A stretch of 64,000 bases of DNA from the human T2T-CHM13v2.0 reference genome, Homo sapiens. Both the position numbers and the translations under genes were made by a program. The DNA is taken from the NCBI RefSeq assembly GCF_009914755.1, contig NC_060942.1, one strand, 5' to 3'. This document shows positions 29,121 through 43,308 of this stretch, in pieces. The notes below the pieces were generated by a model. That model ran no database searches and was not told where the DNA came from. It saw only the letters and a list, made by a program, of their open reading frames with translations. How positions within the stretch are numbered: position 1 is the first letter of the stretch; every line of letters starts with the position of its first letter.

Positions 29121-29552
29121 GTAAGTTTGGGTCCTCAACATTGGGCTACCCTTCTCCTTGTATACCATCGCTTTAGAAAGTGACAGTTTTCTACTGGTAA
29201 ATTTAGAGGAGAGTTCAGTACATGCATCAGTCCACCAGCAAATAACAATATTAGTCCCTCCACAGAGCCTCGCCTGAGGGAACACAGCAGAGGGTGCATG
29301 AGTGAGGGTTGAAATCTAGCACGCCAAGTGCTTCAGTTTGCCATGACACAGCATTAGCCTGGTGGAAGGGGCAACTTGCCCAGTTGGTCTGCCCAGAGCA
29401 GGCACCTTTTTCCACTTTGTCTACCCTTTGGGGAAACATTTCTTCTTTGCACAAAAGTGATGTCCATGCCAACAGAGGCCTTATTTATACAAGTTTTAAT
29501 AGTATGAAAACTGATTGCAGAGTAATACTCCACATTTTCCCTCTGTTCCTAG

Positions 29553-29697
29553 ATCACATGTCGGGCTCTAAATGCCCAAGGACTAGATGTAGAGAAACCA
29601 CTTATACTAACGGTTAAAATTTTGGATATTAATGATAATCCTCCAGTATTTTCACAACAAATTTTCATGGGTGAAATTGAAGAAAATAGTGCCTCAA
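29553..29697 (+). CDS. DSG3: DSG3 exon 5 (RAL adhesion-recognition tripeptide, DINDN Ca2+ linker)
   Basis: 145 nt; [10 protein letters not shown]...EENSAS; ttcctag / GTAAGT. Confidence 0.97.
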
Positions 29698-30364
29698 GTA
29701 AGTCTTTTACAGTACTTACCACTTTCAGTTTATCTACTTTCAAATATGAGTCCCACTACAATATGTCATTCTTATAAACTAATTTATGCTCTTAGTTTAA
29801 TCAGTAGTTTTGAAAAATAAAATTCATTAAGATAAATCTGGGTCTTCCTTTCTAAAATGTGTATTTGAGCTAATTATTTACTATCACTGTATTTCTAGTT
29901 ATAGTCTGGTTATCAGGTCAATAGTATCTTATTCTATATATACAATTTATATGAGCATTTGGCAGTCACAAAGCTAAACAGGCAGCCTTGGGTAGCCTGG
30001 ATGCATCAGCTGGGCTCTTTCAGGTTATAAAGGACAGAGACACACTCACATTACTTGGATAATTTGTGGAAAGGGGAGAATTATGACAATCTATCAAGGG
30101 AGAAAATTGAGATAGAATATAGCCTCAATCTCAGCAAACGTAAGGCTTAGAGAGAATCGAAGAGTTTGTATGGAAGGAAGCACAGTTCTACCTGGTTGGG
30201 AGAGACAGAAAGAGGTATCACAAGTGATATACAATTTTTTGAACATACAGATGATTTTAGGATATTTAAAAATTAGCATCAATGTGAACTTGTTTGGAAT
30301 ATTTAAAGTAAACATAATGTTAATTGTTACATATTCTTTAATAAACGTTTTCCTGTATTCCTAG

Positions 30365-30531
30365 ACTCACTGGTGATGATACTAAATGCCACAGATGCAG
30401 ATGAACCAAACCACTTGAATTCTAAAATTGCCTTCAAAATTGTCTCTCAGGAACCAGCAGGCACACCCATGTTCCTCCTAAGCAGAAACACTGGGGAAGT
30501 CCGTACTTTGACCAATTCTCTTGACCGAGAG
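30365..30531 (+). CDS. DSG3: DSG3 exon 6 (EC2)
   Basis: 167 nt; [15 protein letters not shown]...SLDRE; matches ORF 30373..30567; ttcctag / GTACAG. Confidence 0.97.
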
Positions 30532-31352
30532 GTACAGCAAAGCACTTGGGGGAACATTCAAGATTAAAGGGTTTGATTATAAGAAAACCAAGAGAGGTGA
30601 CTCCATTTTACCCGAAAATTAAAAAAGAAAAGAGGTTCTCAGTACTTAACTTGGCTAATCTAGGGAAATTGTTTGCATTTTTAAGTGTGATTCTGGTGAG
30701 GCGAGATGTGTACCGGGCACCTGCAGAATCAGTTGTACCCTGAACATACCAGTGGAAGTTAAATAGGGGCAATGAAAGAAGGCATTGACATAGACATACA
30801 TGGACAAAGATTGAACTGCAGCTAATTCCTCATGTGATGGAGGAGAAGCAAGTGTCTTAGATGAAGGGAGAAATTTCTGTCTGGAATAAAGCCTTCTTTT
30901 ATATCACACTTTTTCTCCTGACTTCTCTTAATTTTATCCCTGCTTCCAGAGCACTAAAGAATCTCCTTCTCCAATCCCCCTCATTACCTACCACCACCAC
31001 CTTCTATCTCCATTACCACAGGCTACCCGGTCAGACCCCATATTATTTTTGTACAAATGGCTTTCCCAATAGACTAACAGAGAAGCTCCATAAGTGAGCT
31101 TATTACTCCCACCCTACTCATTGCCCATTTTTGCTCTAAGGTTACGGTAGAGTACAGTCCTGCCATAAGAAGCTCACAAAACAGAAAACCTGCCCTAGCC
31201 CCTTAAAGACCTCCACCCAACCATCCAGAGTCCCACAAATGTCTTCTACATAAAATTGAATATTTCTACCTCCTTACCCATAGGAATCAAGTAGTTTCCA
31301 TTTATAATTCTTTGGGATTAATTATTTTTCTTTATTTTTTATCCAAAATTAG

Positions 31353-31481
31353 CAAGCTAGCAGCTATCGTCTGGTTGTGAGTGGTGCAGACAAAGATGGA
31401 GAAGGACTATCAACTCAATGTGAATGTAATATTAAAGTGAAAGATGTCAACGATAACTTCCCAATGTTTAGAGACTCTCAG
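31353..31481 (+). CDS. DSG3: DSG3 exon 7 (EC2, DVNDN linker)
   Basis: 129 nt; [16 protein letters not shown]...FRDSQ; aattag / GTACAC. Confidence 0.96.
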
Positions 31482-31746
31482 GTACACCCATTGCTCCTTA
31501 AAGAATCATTTAGATATATATTTAATACTTTGAAATCCTAATTCAGGACTTGCCTGTTTGTTGGCTTTTATTTAAGTTCTCTGCACTTATCTTTAAAGAA
31601 ATATGCTTTTTAAAAAATATAAGAATTCAGTAATAAGAAGAAGGAAATACATAATTTGAGAAATAAGGATTACCATTTAGAAGAAACATAATCTCTCCAT
31701 GTAAAACCTGTCATTAGGTCTTTAATTCTGCTTCTCGCCTTTTCAG

Positions 31747-31932
31747 TATTCAGCACGTATTGAAGAAAATATTTTAAGTTCTGAATTACTTCGATTTCAA
31801 GTAACAGATTTGGATGAAGAGTACACAGATAATTGGCTTGCAGTATATTTCTTTACCTCTGGGAATGAAGGAAATTGGTTTGAAATACAAACTGATCCTA
31901 GAACTAATGAAGGCATCCTGAAAGTGGTGAAG
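31747..31932 (+). CDS. DSG3: DSG3 exon 8 (EC3)
   Basis: 186 nt; [12 protein letters not shown]...GILKVVK; tttcag / GTAAGG. Confidence 0.97.
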
Positions 31933-32524
31933 GTAAGGTCTGACTTCCCTTCATTGGTAAAAAAAATTCTGTATTAACCAAAATGATCATTTCTACAGAT
32001 AAAATGTATTTATTTGTTAATATCACTTTATTACAGAAAACACATAAAAGTAGATTGAATTTTTTGTAATCCCCATAGAGCCGCTTTACCTGAGGACAAC
32101 CTCTCTTAACATCTTGAACTCATTCCAAGCTATTGAACTTTCTATAGTAAACACAAACACACTAACATGCTATGGGAGTGATGATGTATACTTTAAGCAC
32201 ATGGTCATATATTATGGGTGTCCATACTTTAAGCACAAGAAAGCAAAACACATTTCTTGACTTAATCTCATTTGCAACAATCAGATTGAAGTTAGGACAA
32301 GATAAGAATGGATGGAATCACGTCTTGCCCATTCGTCAATCGGTTTTAAATGGATTAGCTACAGTCAATAGAGAATAAATGGCAACTCTTCCTACAAAAT
32401 GGGAATTTATGAACAAAATCTGCAAAATAAAAGATAAATAATTGGGTAAAGCTTTTAATATGCTTGGCTATGACAGACTCCTTATCTGAGAGTGTGATCT
32501 GGGCCCCTTCCTTGGTACAGCACT

Positions 32525-32891
32525 TTGGTTTTTCGTTTGGTTGGTTGGTTTTTGTTTTTTGTTGTTGTGGTTGTGGTTGTGGTGTTTTTGTTTTTGTTTT
32601 TGTTTTTTTTGAGACAAGGTCTCACTCTGTCATCTAGGCAAGAGTGCAGTGATGTGATTTTGGCTCACTGCAGCCTTCACCTCCCAGGCCCCAGTGATCC
32701 TCCCACCTCAGCCTCCTGAGTAGCAGGGTCCGCATCATGTGCCATCATGCCCGGCTAATTTTTATAGTTTTAGTAGAAATAAGGTTTCACCATATTGACC
32801 AGGCTGGTCTCGAACTCCTGATCTCAAGTGATCCACCCGCCTTGGCCTCCCAAAGTACTGGGATTACAGGCATGAGCCATCGCATCTGGCC
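32525..32891 (-). mobile_element. AluJ-type element with GT-rich tail, intron 8
   Basis: TSD cttggtacagca at 32511 and 32892. Confidence 0.9.
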
Positions 32892-34179
32892 CTTGGTACA
32901 GCATTTTGGATTCTATGAGAGCGTCCTTATTTAAACCTTAAATCCAGTTGAGTGACAGACCATATAATCCTTTAACAAGGGGGCTGCTGAAAGCTGTACA
33001 TGCAGTCCTTTGTTACTGTACTCTTTGGGACAAGTGCCACAGCCATCCCCACTTGTAAGGGTTTTGTTATAAACTCCCACCAATGCCTGGGAGTGAGCTA
33101 TTCTCTATCTTGTGTATTGGTGTCATTCAGTCTCCCAAACTAGAAACGTGGGCCTTACCCTGAATTGTGACATTTCCTCACAGCATACAGCCTTAGAAAT
33201 TGTCTTTGAAGTCTGACCCTCTTCTACCTCCTTACTGCCTGTGCCCTGGCCTGGCTTTTCCTCTCTTCTCTTAGATGATTGCAGTCCCTCCTAATAGATA
33301 TCCCTACCTCTTGTCTCCATTGACTTTGTTCTCCTCATTCTTACCAGTGCACCACCACATTTTTCTTAAAAACAATTTGGATCCCTTACTCTTCTCTTTA
33401 AAACCATCCCTGGCTCTACACTGGCTATGAAGCTGGCCTTCAACCCTAATTACCAACTCAAGTTACCTGCAACTTTCCCTTGACAGTAAGGGTGTAGGAA
33501 CTATTGGAGAAGCCCAGGCAGCAGTGGGTCCTTAAGACTCCTCAGGTGACTCTACAGTCAGCCAGGGTTGCTAGCTCCTAGCCCTTTAAGATGAAATTCA
33601 CAAGGCAATTTGTTATCTGTATTCAGCCTGCAACTGCTTTCACCTATGCCTGGATAATTTCCCGGCATCCTTCAACACTCAGCTTAGATGAATACCTCTC
33701 AGAAACCCTTCATAGCTCTCCTAAGTAGAATTATTCCTTTGCTTTCACACATAGACCCTATCATCTCTTTTGCCTCTTACCCCTTGTATTATAGTTCCAT
33801 GTTTAGACATCTTTCTCTTCCACTTCACTGGAAAATGCTTGAGCACACAAAGCCAGTCATTGCAAAGTTAAAACTTAAATCCAGATCTCTTACTTGAATC
33901 ATTTTTAGTGATATACAGTTGTAACCAATATGAGCATTTTCTTATCTCATCACTCTCAGAAAAATTTACTAGTGAGTGAAGAAAAGTTATCCTGGGATTC
34001 CTCAGGCCTTGATTTGGGCCACCTCAATAAGGGGATCAAACAAATGGCTATCATGCAAGACCTTCTGAAAATGAGTCCACAAAGAGTTTGCCTTTCCCAC
34101 CTAAGAATTTTTAAAGTCAGGAAAGATACCATTGTACATAAATCCAGTGAAGATTCTGCAAATGACCATAACTGCCAGT

Positions 34180-34380
34180 TATAAGAACGTATTAGGGGCC
34201 TTGATTTGTTCAGTCCTCACTACACCCTGATGAGGTAAGGCTTTTTTTTCAGAAGTGGAGAGTTGAGGATCAGAGAAAACAAACATTGTTCCCTGAGTCA
34301 CACAGCTATTAAGCAGCAGAACCAGGATTCAAATCATGTTACCATAGCAAACTTGGGGTTCTTTCCACTGCACCTCATAG
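34180..34380 (-). mobile_element. MIR SINE
   Basis: cagtcctcactacaccctgatgaggtaagg...gtcacacagctattaagcagcagaaccaggattcaaat. Confidence 0.65.
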
Positions 34381-34630
34381 CCTAAAGAGACTATGATGAT
34401 GTCTTTCTAGTCTGAAAGAGGTACCCTTATTAGTACCAAACTGAGGTCTCATGAGTTAAGAATCCTAAAGCTTTCTCTGTCTCAACATTACAATAATTTC
34501 TGAAGCTGTTTTGCTATTTAAAAACAAGAGAATTCATTCACAGCATCTTGCATAGTGTGCTGTCATCATCTACTGGGTTTGCGGGAGTGTATTTTTGTGA
34601 AACTGCCTTCTAATTTTATTTTTTCTCCAG

Positions 34631-34902
34631 GCTCTAGATTATGAACAACTACAAAGCGTGAAACTTAGTATTGCTGTCAAAAACAAAGCTGAATTTCACC
34701 AATCAGTTATCTCTCGATACCGAGTTCAGTCAACCCCAGTCACAATTCAGGTAATAAATGTAAGAGAAGGAATTGCATTCCGTCCTGCTTCCAAGACATT
34801 TACTGTGCAAAAAGGCATAAGTAGCAAAAAATTGGTGGATTATATCCTGGGAACATATCAAGCCATCGATGAGGACACTAACAAAGCTGCCTCAAATGTC
34901 AA
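34631..34902 (+). CDS. DSG3: DSG3 exon 9 (EC3-EC4)
   Basis: 272 nt; ALDYEQLQSVKLSI...AASNVK; matches ORF 34658..34906; ctccag / GTAAGA. Confidence 0.97.
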
Positions 34903-35374
34903 GTAAGACTATTTTTATTTATATCCTATTTCTTGATGAGGTTTTAATCTATAAGCTATCACAACATAACACATAAACTATTATGTGCCAAGAATAGAGA
35001 TATGACATTGATTAAAAACAAGAAACTGGGTAACTCAAAAAGTAACATTTAGCTAAATCATTAGGTGATCATCTAACTGTACTAGAAGCAAAGATAACAT
35101 AAGCACAAGTTACAGTGGAAACCAAGGGAAGAATGCCTTAGCCTATCAACAGAAATTGGGAACATGTCTCATGGAAACTTACAGTTGAGTCTTACAAAGG
35201 AGTAGAAGTGCACCATGAGAACATGTTTTTATCATATAAAACAGCACTTACAAAGACATATATGCCTAAAATATAACGGCACCATGCAAAATAATTGCTA
35301 TATTATACAGAGCAAGAACACAGGTATTTTATTTTATTGTGCACAGCAGATATGCTTAAGAATTATGAAATATG

Positions 35375-35657
<283 letters not shown>

Positions 35658-35837
35658 AAGAATTATGAAATATGGTCATCTATGCTATGTTAATTTTCTG
35701 TTGCTTTTTATAAAAGCATATTTCAATGTGAACATATATTAAATATGAATATACTAAATATAAAATGAGTCATTTTCATTAAATATGTAACATTCCACAT
35801 TTGAAAGAAAACTGATTTTTTTAATATTATGAAACAG

Positions 35838-35977
35838 ATATGTCATGGGACGTAACGATGGTGGATACCTAATGATTGATTCAAAAACTGCTGAAATCAA
35901 ATTTGTCAAAAATATGAACCGAGATTCTACTTTCATAGTTAACAAAACAATCACAGCTGAGGTTCTGGCCATAGATG
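35838..35977 (+). CDS. DSG3: DSG3 exon 10 (EC4)
   Basis: 140 nt; YVMGRNDGGYLMIDS...EVLAID; aaacag / GTAAGA. Confidence 0.96.
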
Positions 35978-37049
35978 GTAAGAAAAATATTTGAATCATT
36001 TCAGAGGAATGTTATCGTAATTGATGTTTCTTTATGCATAGATGATTATGATTATTCAACATATTATCTTTACCACTGGAGAGAGAGAATTATCTTAGGA
36101 GTGTTGGGCCTCAAGTTTGAGGCAGCTGAATCCGGGAGAGAAAACTAAGAGTTTCAACTTCTCAGTGGAGATTGAACCAGTGAATTCTGTGTTAGGTCCC
36201 TGTGGTTTGCTGTGGTTGAAGCAGAAATTTTTTGACTGACAGAAATCCCTGGGTTTGAGGGAATGGATAAGGATTCATAGACAAAGCGCATCAGGGAATC
36301 TCAACTTGAACGTCAGGTGCTTTTGTGAGGTACCTATAGAGACCTCATGTACTTTTATCATTGAACAATGCAATTTCCTCTTCTGGAATGTTTTAAAATA
36401 ATATTCATTGAGTGTATGTGTTTCCCCAAGTATAAAATTAATTTATGTTGAAGGTAATAAAAAAGATAACACCCCCCAAAAGAAATAAGTATCAAAAAGA
36501 TTGCCATTTGGGAAAACAAGAAAAGAAGTAGTAAGGGTAACAACAGAAATGACACATAATGCCCCCACAGAGAGATTTTTATTTCATTATTTTTTATTTT
36601 CAGCATTTAAAATTTTTCTTTAATAAACTTTAACATTTTGAGTAATAAAAATATACAATTTTTTATTCCAAATAAAAAATGTGTGCTTTAGAAGCAGAAA
36701 CTTTTCACACATTGATTACAAGTGAAATCAACACATTTAAGAAAGTTACTATTTTTGTGCTGATTTTATTTGAAATTGGTGAATTCATCATCTTACTGGT
36801 CTTGGGTTCGAGCATATTAAATTAATTCTCAATTAATTATAGTTAGAGACATCAGCCTATTTGGTAAATTTCAATTTGCTTTTTACAAGATGCAGAAATA
36901 GGATGACTATTTTTACTTCTGAGGATAATATAGTATTTCATGAGAAGACACACTGAGTTGGCTACAGAAAAGAGAAATGTAAAAGATTCTCCTTTTTTGT
37001 ACAACTTTGTTCTATACATTTCTTTAACTCTAAAACATTGTTCTTACAG

Positions 37050-37274
37050 AATACACGGGTAAAACTTCTACAGGCACGGTATATGTTAGAGTACCCGATT
37101 TCAATGACAATTGTCCAACAGCTGTCCTCGAAAAAGATGCAGTTTGCAGTTCTTCACCTTCCGTGGTTGTCTCCGCTAGAACACTGAATAATAGATACAC
37201 TGGCCCCTATACATTTGCACTGGAAGATCAACCTGTAAAGTTGCCTGCCGTATGGAGTATCACAACCCTCAATG
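37050..37274 (+). CDS. DSG3: DSG3 exon 11 (EC4 end, DFNDN, extracellular anchor)
   Basis: 225 nt; YTGKTSTGTVYVRVPDFNDNCP...SITTLN; ttacag / GTGAGT; phase 1/1. Confidence 0.97.
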
Positions 37275-37478
37275 GTGAGTAACAGTAAAGTTGCTTCTAT
37301 AAATGCAAACTGCTCCTTTGTATTTCCAGAAGAATAAGGAAGATCATTTAAGAGCAGGTCCTTCCAAAAGTAACTGGAAAAATTCTTTGCAATGAAGATG
37401 TGGCTGTAGCATTGTGAATTACTTCTCTTTTCAGAAGAGAAAAGGAATGATATACTGTTAGCACCATTTCATATTTTA

Positions 37479-37871
<393 letters not shown>

Positions 37872-39179
37872 AGTCAGGTATCTATTTATCACAGAGCTGT
37901 TTAGATTTCTAAATACTAAATACATAAACTTGTTCTGATGGAGCAGTCTATGAGCAGACATGTAGCATGAAGAAGTCAGTCTGCTCAAGGCTCACAGGGA
38001 GTGCCGCTTACACTATCACTAGTCAGGAACATTGAGAGCATAGCGGACTGAAATTTGCAAACCCATTATCCAACAGGGAGGAGCTAATTCATCCTTTCTC
38101 TTTCCCAACCTTTATCATACTCATTGTACATTGTCTGTGCTTTCCAGAAGTGTCATAGAAATAGACATTAGACTCCCTAAAATCTCCATCCTTTCTGGAT
38201 TTTATAATGACGATGAGACCACTTCAAATCCTTAGTAAACTCATTTTTCCCTAGCTCCTTTCTGAACCAGCCTTGCTTCCTTTCATGAATGTACATGCTG
38301 TTAAAGCATGTCCTTCAGTCCTAAGTAGCAGCCACTGCCAGAGTTACCAAAGGGATCTTGATCTTCATGGTCATCTTTCCTTGGGCCCTCACACTTCTGA
38401 CATAAAGATCTATCTCCAAACTGTGCATGTAGCATTTTGCTCCAAATGAGTTTACTGGATACGTGGCCAATGAAGAGGCTGCCAAAGAAAGATCAGAGAG
38501 GGCCGGGATGTGTCACAAGACATACCTGCCCAGGTGTGGCTGGGCAAGGCAACAGTGATTGGACTAGGTGGGCAAGGCACAATGTCAAAGGATATGGTGG
38601 GATCAAAAAGATTCAACAAATGCAATGCTGAACCTTACAAGAACTGTCGTGGGATCCACTTTAAAAAGGCAACATAGCAATGGGAGATAGAAAACAGTCT
38701 ATGCTCAGGACTCAGATAGGCAATAGGCCATCACCACAAGGAAATCCCATATCATAGACCTGCAGCTCACGGGATAAGAACCAGGAAGAGCACTTGAGGT
38801 AGTAGCAGCCAAAGTTGAAAGTCTTGATAAGTAAAACACAAGAACACAAAGTCAGGAACACAAACACTCAAAGGGCCACACAAGTCCAAGGATTGGTGCA
38901 GACATACAAGAGAGTGGTTAAGCCCCAGAAGAGGAGTACCTGACTCTAAATGATGTCGCCCATCTTCTTTAGTGGGAAAAGCAGAGTAGAACTGAGTTTC
39001 ATGGGAGAGAATAATTGGCCTACCTGCAACAGAGAGGACAAGGAGGCAGGTGTAGACAGATTTACCCACTTGAACCCATTATAGCCCTCATCACTCTTCA
39101 AACATCACTCTATTATCAACCCTATTGTTTGTGGCAACTAACTCTGCTAATGAAAATAAGTAGTAAGAGTGTAAGACAC

Positions 39180-39568
39180 TGCTGTGGTTGGAATAGGTCT
39201 TCCAAAGCTCATGTGTTGAAAACTTAATCCCCACTGCAGTAGTGTTGAGAGGTGAGACCTGTAAGAGGAAATGAGGTCATGAGAGCTCTGTCCTCATGCA
39301 TGGATTAATGGTGTTACCATGGGAGTGGGTTCATTACAGTAAGAGTGAGTTGTTATAAGGGTGAGTTCAGCCCCCACGTGCTCTCATGCTCTCTTGTCCT
39401 TCCACCTTCCACCGTGGGATGATGAAGTCCAAAGGCCTTTGTCAGATTCTGACACCTTGATATTGAGCTTCCCAACCTTCAAAACTGTGAGAAATAAATG
39501 TGTTTTCTTTATGAATTATCCAGTCTGTGATATTCTGTTATAGCAACACAAAATAGACTGAAAAGACA
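39180..39568 (+). mobile_element. MaLR solo LTR (MSTC/MSTD-like), sense to DSG3, intron 11
   Basis: TG...CA ends: tgctgtggttggaat...ctcatgtgttgaaaacttaatcccca...actgtgagaaataaatg...tgttatagcaacacaaaatagactgaaaagaca. Confidence 0.85.
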
Positions 39569-39608
39569 CTTCGTCCTACTGTTGATTTGCATGATTCTTT
39601 CTCTACAG

Positions 39609-39869
39609 CTACCTCGGCCCTCCTCAGAGCCCAGGAACAGATACCTCCTGGAGTATACCACATCTCCCTGGTACTTACAGACAGTCAGAACAATCGGTGT
39701 GAGATGCCACGCAGCTTGACACTGGAAGTCTGTCAGTGTGACAACAGGGGCATCTGTGGAACTTCTTACCCAACCACAAGCCCTGGGACCAGGTATGGCA
39801 GGCCGCACTCAGGGAGGCTGGGGCCTGCCGCCATCGGCCTGCTGCTCCTTGGTCTCCTGCTGCTGCTGT
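39609..39869 (+). CDS. DSG3: DSG3 exon 12 (extracellular anchor and most of transmembrane helix)
   Basis: 261 nt; TSALLRAQEQIPPG...AAIGLLLLGLLLLL; matches ORF 39587..39877; ctacag / GTGAGT; phase 1/1. Confidence 0.97.
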
Positions 39870-40369
39870 GTGAGTAGCCAATGTTTCATTCTCTGTTGGA
39901 CCAGGTGTCCTCATTTGCAAAGGCCTCCATGCTGCCCTGCTCATCTGTGCAATGGGGAAAGAATATTCTCTGATGTTTTATAGGTAAAGCTAGGGGAAAA
40001 TGGCATTTTCAGAAAGAATCTGAAATGTGTAACATGTCGCTTGCTAACAGTCTATATTCATATAGCAACACAAGTTATATATGTCAGACATTTAGAAGAC
40101 AGCACAAGATAATCAAGAGAAAAGCAAATCATGAAGACTTTCTACACACTGTTAGTAATGTTCATGGTCAAAATTATGGCTTTATCCAAGAGTGTGGCAC
40201 TTTCTAAGATGTTTTCTCTATATTCATTACATCTCATGAGATTCTAAGATAAAAAGAGAACACTAGTCAAACAAAGTTAGGGAAATACAAATAGGGTATC
40301 ATAGGCTATTAAGATATCACCACATGCTATTAATATTAATTAATTAATTAACCCCCACTAATATTAATC

Positions 40370-40407
40370 AATAGCATATGATATTAATATTAATATCATA
40401 TGCTATT
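40370..40407. repeat. Perfect 38-bp AT-rich palindrome
   Basis: aatagcatatgatattaatattaatatcatatgctatt equals its own reverse complement. Confidence 0.95.
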
Positions 40408-41049
40408 AAGATAGCTAGGTTCTGAGAAGTTATTGCTTCATCTAGCATTTCCTCAAAATAGATTGCCATCTGAATATGCATCCCCTTTAATACTTTCACA
40501 TTTAATATAACTAAGTTTATTAAACACATTTAGAAAACTATGCGTAAGTATCCTTTTCCAATAAAGGTAAAATTTATTCAATAGATAGGTTTCTGAAAAG
40601 TTGTATTTGAATCAAAATCATATAAATCAAATAGTATTTGATTGTAAGAGGTCTCTATTTAAAAGAACTTCCTGACTAATTCTTGTATAAACAAGAGAAA
40701 TCCTTGCTAAATTCACACTTTCTTAATTTATTATAAAAATCACAGTTTTAGAGTTAAAATTAATTATATGATTATTAATTTTAAAACCACAAAAAGTAGA
40801 GAAAATGTGTAGACAACTACACATACAACCATCACTTCAACTGAACAGATATGAATGTTTTGCAATATTTTTTCAGGTCCCTTTTTTTAAAAAGAAATAA
40901 ATTGCTATAGATACAGCTAATTGCCACACATGCTATATTTTTCCCTTCCTTATTCTCCAAAAGCATTTACTATTCTAAAGTTATTATACACCATTTAGTT
41001 TAAGAGCTGAAATTGACACTCAGAGATTTGGTTTTTCAATATCGTATTA

Positions 41050-42025
41050 ATCAAGTTCAAGAACCAGAAATTTTTAAGTACCTCTATGTGAATCACTATG
41101 CTAGCTTCTAGCTGAAAAGGAAACTTGATTTTGGTTTTCATGCATGTCTAACTATAGGGGAAAAATACCATGATAAAGCTGTAATAGAAATTACTACAAA
41201 GGGGTAATTACAGAACATTTCACGGAATAGAGGAATCATTCAATTGAGCCTTGAAGAATGATTAGGATATAATCAGTATAAAAAATGGAAAAGGCATTTC
41301 CAAAAATTGACAGCATCAGCCAAGGCCAGAAAACACTTAGTATTTTCTGTTTTAGGAATCACACAGCCTTCGAAGGCTAAAGCGCGGGGAAATTGTGGAA
41401 AGTGAAGGAGCAACAGAGAATGCATTGGGACTAATTTGAAAGGGCTACATACACATGCTGTGGTGTTTGTACTTTATCCTATGAGAAAGAGGAGCTGCTA
41501 AAAGCATTTGAATAAAAGACTAACATGATCATATTTGTATTTTAGAAAGACAACCCTGGCAACAGTGTGTACAGTATAACAGTGTAAATTAGAAAGGAAA
41601 GAACACTTAAGAGGTCATTGTAAAAGTTCAAGAGAGATGATGAAGGTCAGATTTCGAGCTGTGACATGAGACTGGAAAATAAAGGACAAGTGTGCAGTGC
41701 ATTACAGTGGCCCCTGGAGAGGATTGGGAGATTAATTGTTATGGTCTGAATGTGTGTGTCCCCCCAAAAAAATTCATATGTTGAAACTTAAACCCTAAAA
41801 AAATAGTATTAAGGAGTTGGGCCTTTACCTATATTAATTCAATCCTCATAACAACCTATGATGTAGATACTATTTATTCCCCCATTTTATGGATGAGTTA
41901 ACTGAGCAAAGAAGGATGATATTACATGCCCAACATTACATAGCTGTTAAGTGGTACAGCCGAAATTTAAACCCTAGAATCTGACTTCGGAGGCTGCATG
42001 CTTAAACCCCTCACTAAGCTGCCTC
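41050..42025. mobile_element. Cluster of old repeats: L2 (-), MLT1 5' fragment (41737-41826, +), MIR (-)
   Basis: actttatcctatgag...acatgatcatatttgtattttagaaagac (L2); tgttatggtctgaatgtgtgtgtcccccc...ttcatatgttgaa (MLT1); aatcctcataacaacctatg...cccattttatggatgag (MIR). Confidence 0.65.
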
Positions 42026-42803
42026 TAAGTGAAGAGAGTTGAAACATTAGGATTCAGGTGGCCTTGGCAGGGCAGAGGTGGCAGTGGGGCCACTGACAAC
42101 AAAGTGTGGGAAACACCTGCTTTCAAGAATAAGTATTTCACTCTTGGTCAGTTCACATGAGAATGACATTAATCTTTATTGCCAAGGATGTGCACAGAAA
42201 GATATTTACGCTGCCAGAAGAGTCCTCCAAGCTTAAGCCACAACTAAGAAATTCTTAAATTACAATTAAGAATGCATTGACAGCCATTGATTAGGCTATC
42301 ACCCTAGTTACTGAGGGAGTTTTCTGGTTAATTACTGTTTACTGAGAGATAATTAGAGACTAGATTACCAAAACACCATCGTGCCCACCTAAAATCTGGA
42401 CCATTCTGGTCATATATTTATCTGTGTATTCACCTGACACAATATACATAGCCCCAACATGTGCAAATAAATGCAATAATCATAAAAATGTATTAAGGAA
42501 AAGGATTGAGGAGCCAAACAGCCACTTTCATTCATACATCAGTGCCTATTTTAAGAAAATATACCAAAAAAATAACAACAAGAAATGATCTGATCTGTCT
42601 CCTTCAGTTTCATAATCACATGAAATTCTAGTGTGCTTACTGTACCAAGTTTCATTTGTAGAAACTAATTTTGGTTTTCATTAGGAATTTTCTACAAATA
42701 TTTAAGATACTGTATTTTCTTTGTAACATTTCTGAAAAATTATCACATTAAATAGTTCCTAAATTAGTCAAGTGTTCTGATGTTTTGTTTTGTTTTTCAC
42801 TAG

Positions 42804-42943
42804 TGGCCCCCCTTCTGCTGTTGACCTGTGACTGTGGGGCAGGTTCTACTGGGGGAGTGACAGGTGGTTTTATCCCAGTTCCTGATGGCTCAGAAGGAAC
42901 AATTCATCAGTGGGGAATTGAAGGAGCCCATCCTGAAGACAAG
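42804..42943 (+). CDS. DSG3: DSG3 exon 13 (end of TM, juxtamembrane CDC cysteines, intracellular anchor)
   Basis: 140 nt; APLLLLTCDCGAGST...AHPEDK; cactag / GTAAGC. Confidence 0.97.
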
Positions 42944-43244
42944 GTAAGCATCCAGTTCATAAATTATGTATTTCAATTACATAGAGAAAATGTTTGATTT
43001 ACATTGAGATAGGAAAAGAGGCAAAGAGATTTCTTGACCTTCAGTTTCAGAGTCAGTGCTGAATAGATGGAGGCTTTTAGGATTTTAGCTCTTCAGATGT
43101 CAAATCACAGAAATGGTTATCGCTGAAAGAATTTGCACTTCTTGTAATGTTATCATTTACAAATTTGCAAAGGGCCACATGTCACTATATTGCTCTGAAA
43201 TCTGGTTCACTTTTAAATGAATTTATTTTTCACATGGTTTGCAG

Positions 43245-43308
43245 GAAATCACAAATATTTGTGTGCCTCCTGTAACAGCCAATGGAGCCGATTTCATGGA
43301 AAGTTCTG
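43245..43308 (+). CDS. DSG3: DSG3 exon 14
   Basis: 64 nt; EITNICVPPVTANGADFMESS; ttgcag / GTAAGT. Confidence 0.96.

Noticed and set aside
38291-38313. Possible p63 element GTACATGCTG-tta-AAGCATGTCC
   Set aside because: It has a 3-bp spacer and two mismatches; such matches are expected by chance in 64 kb.
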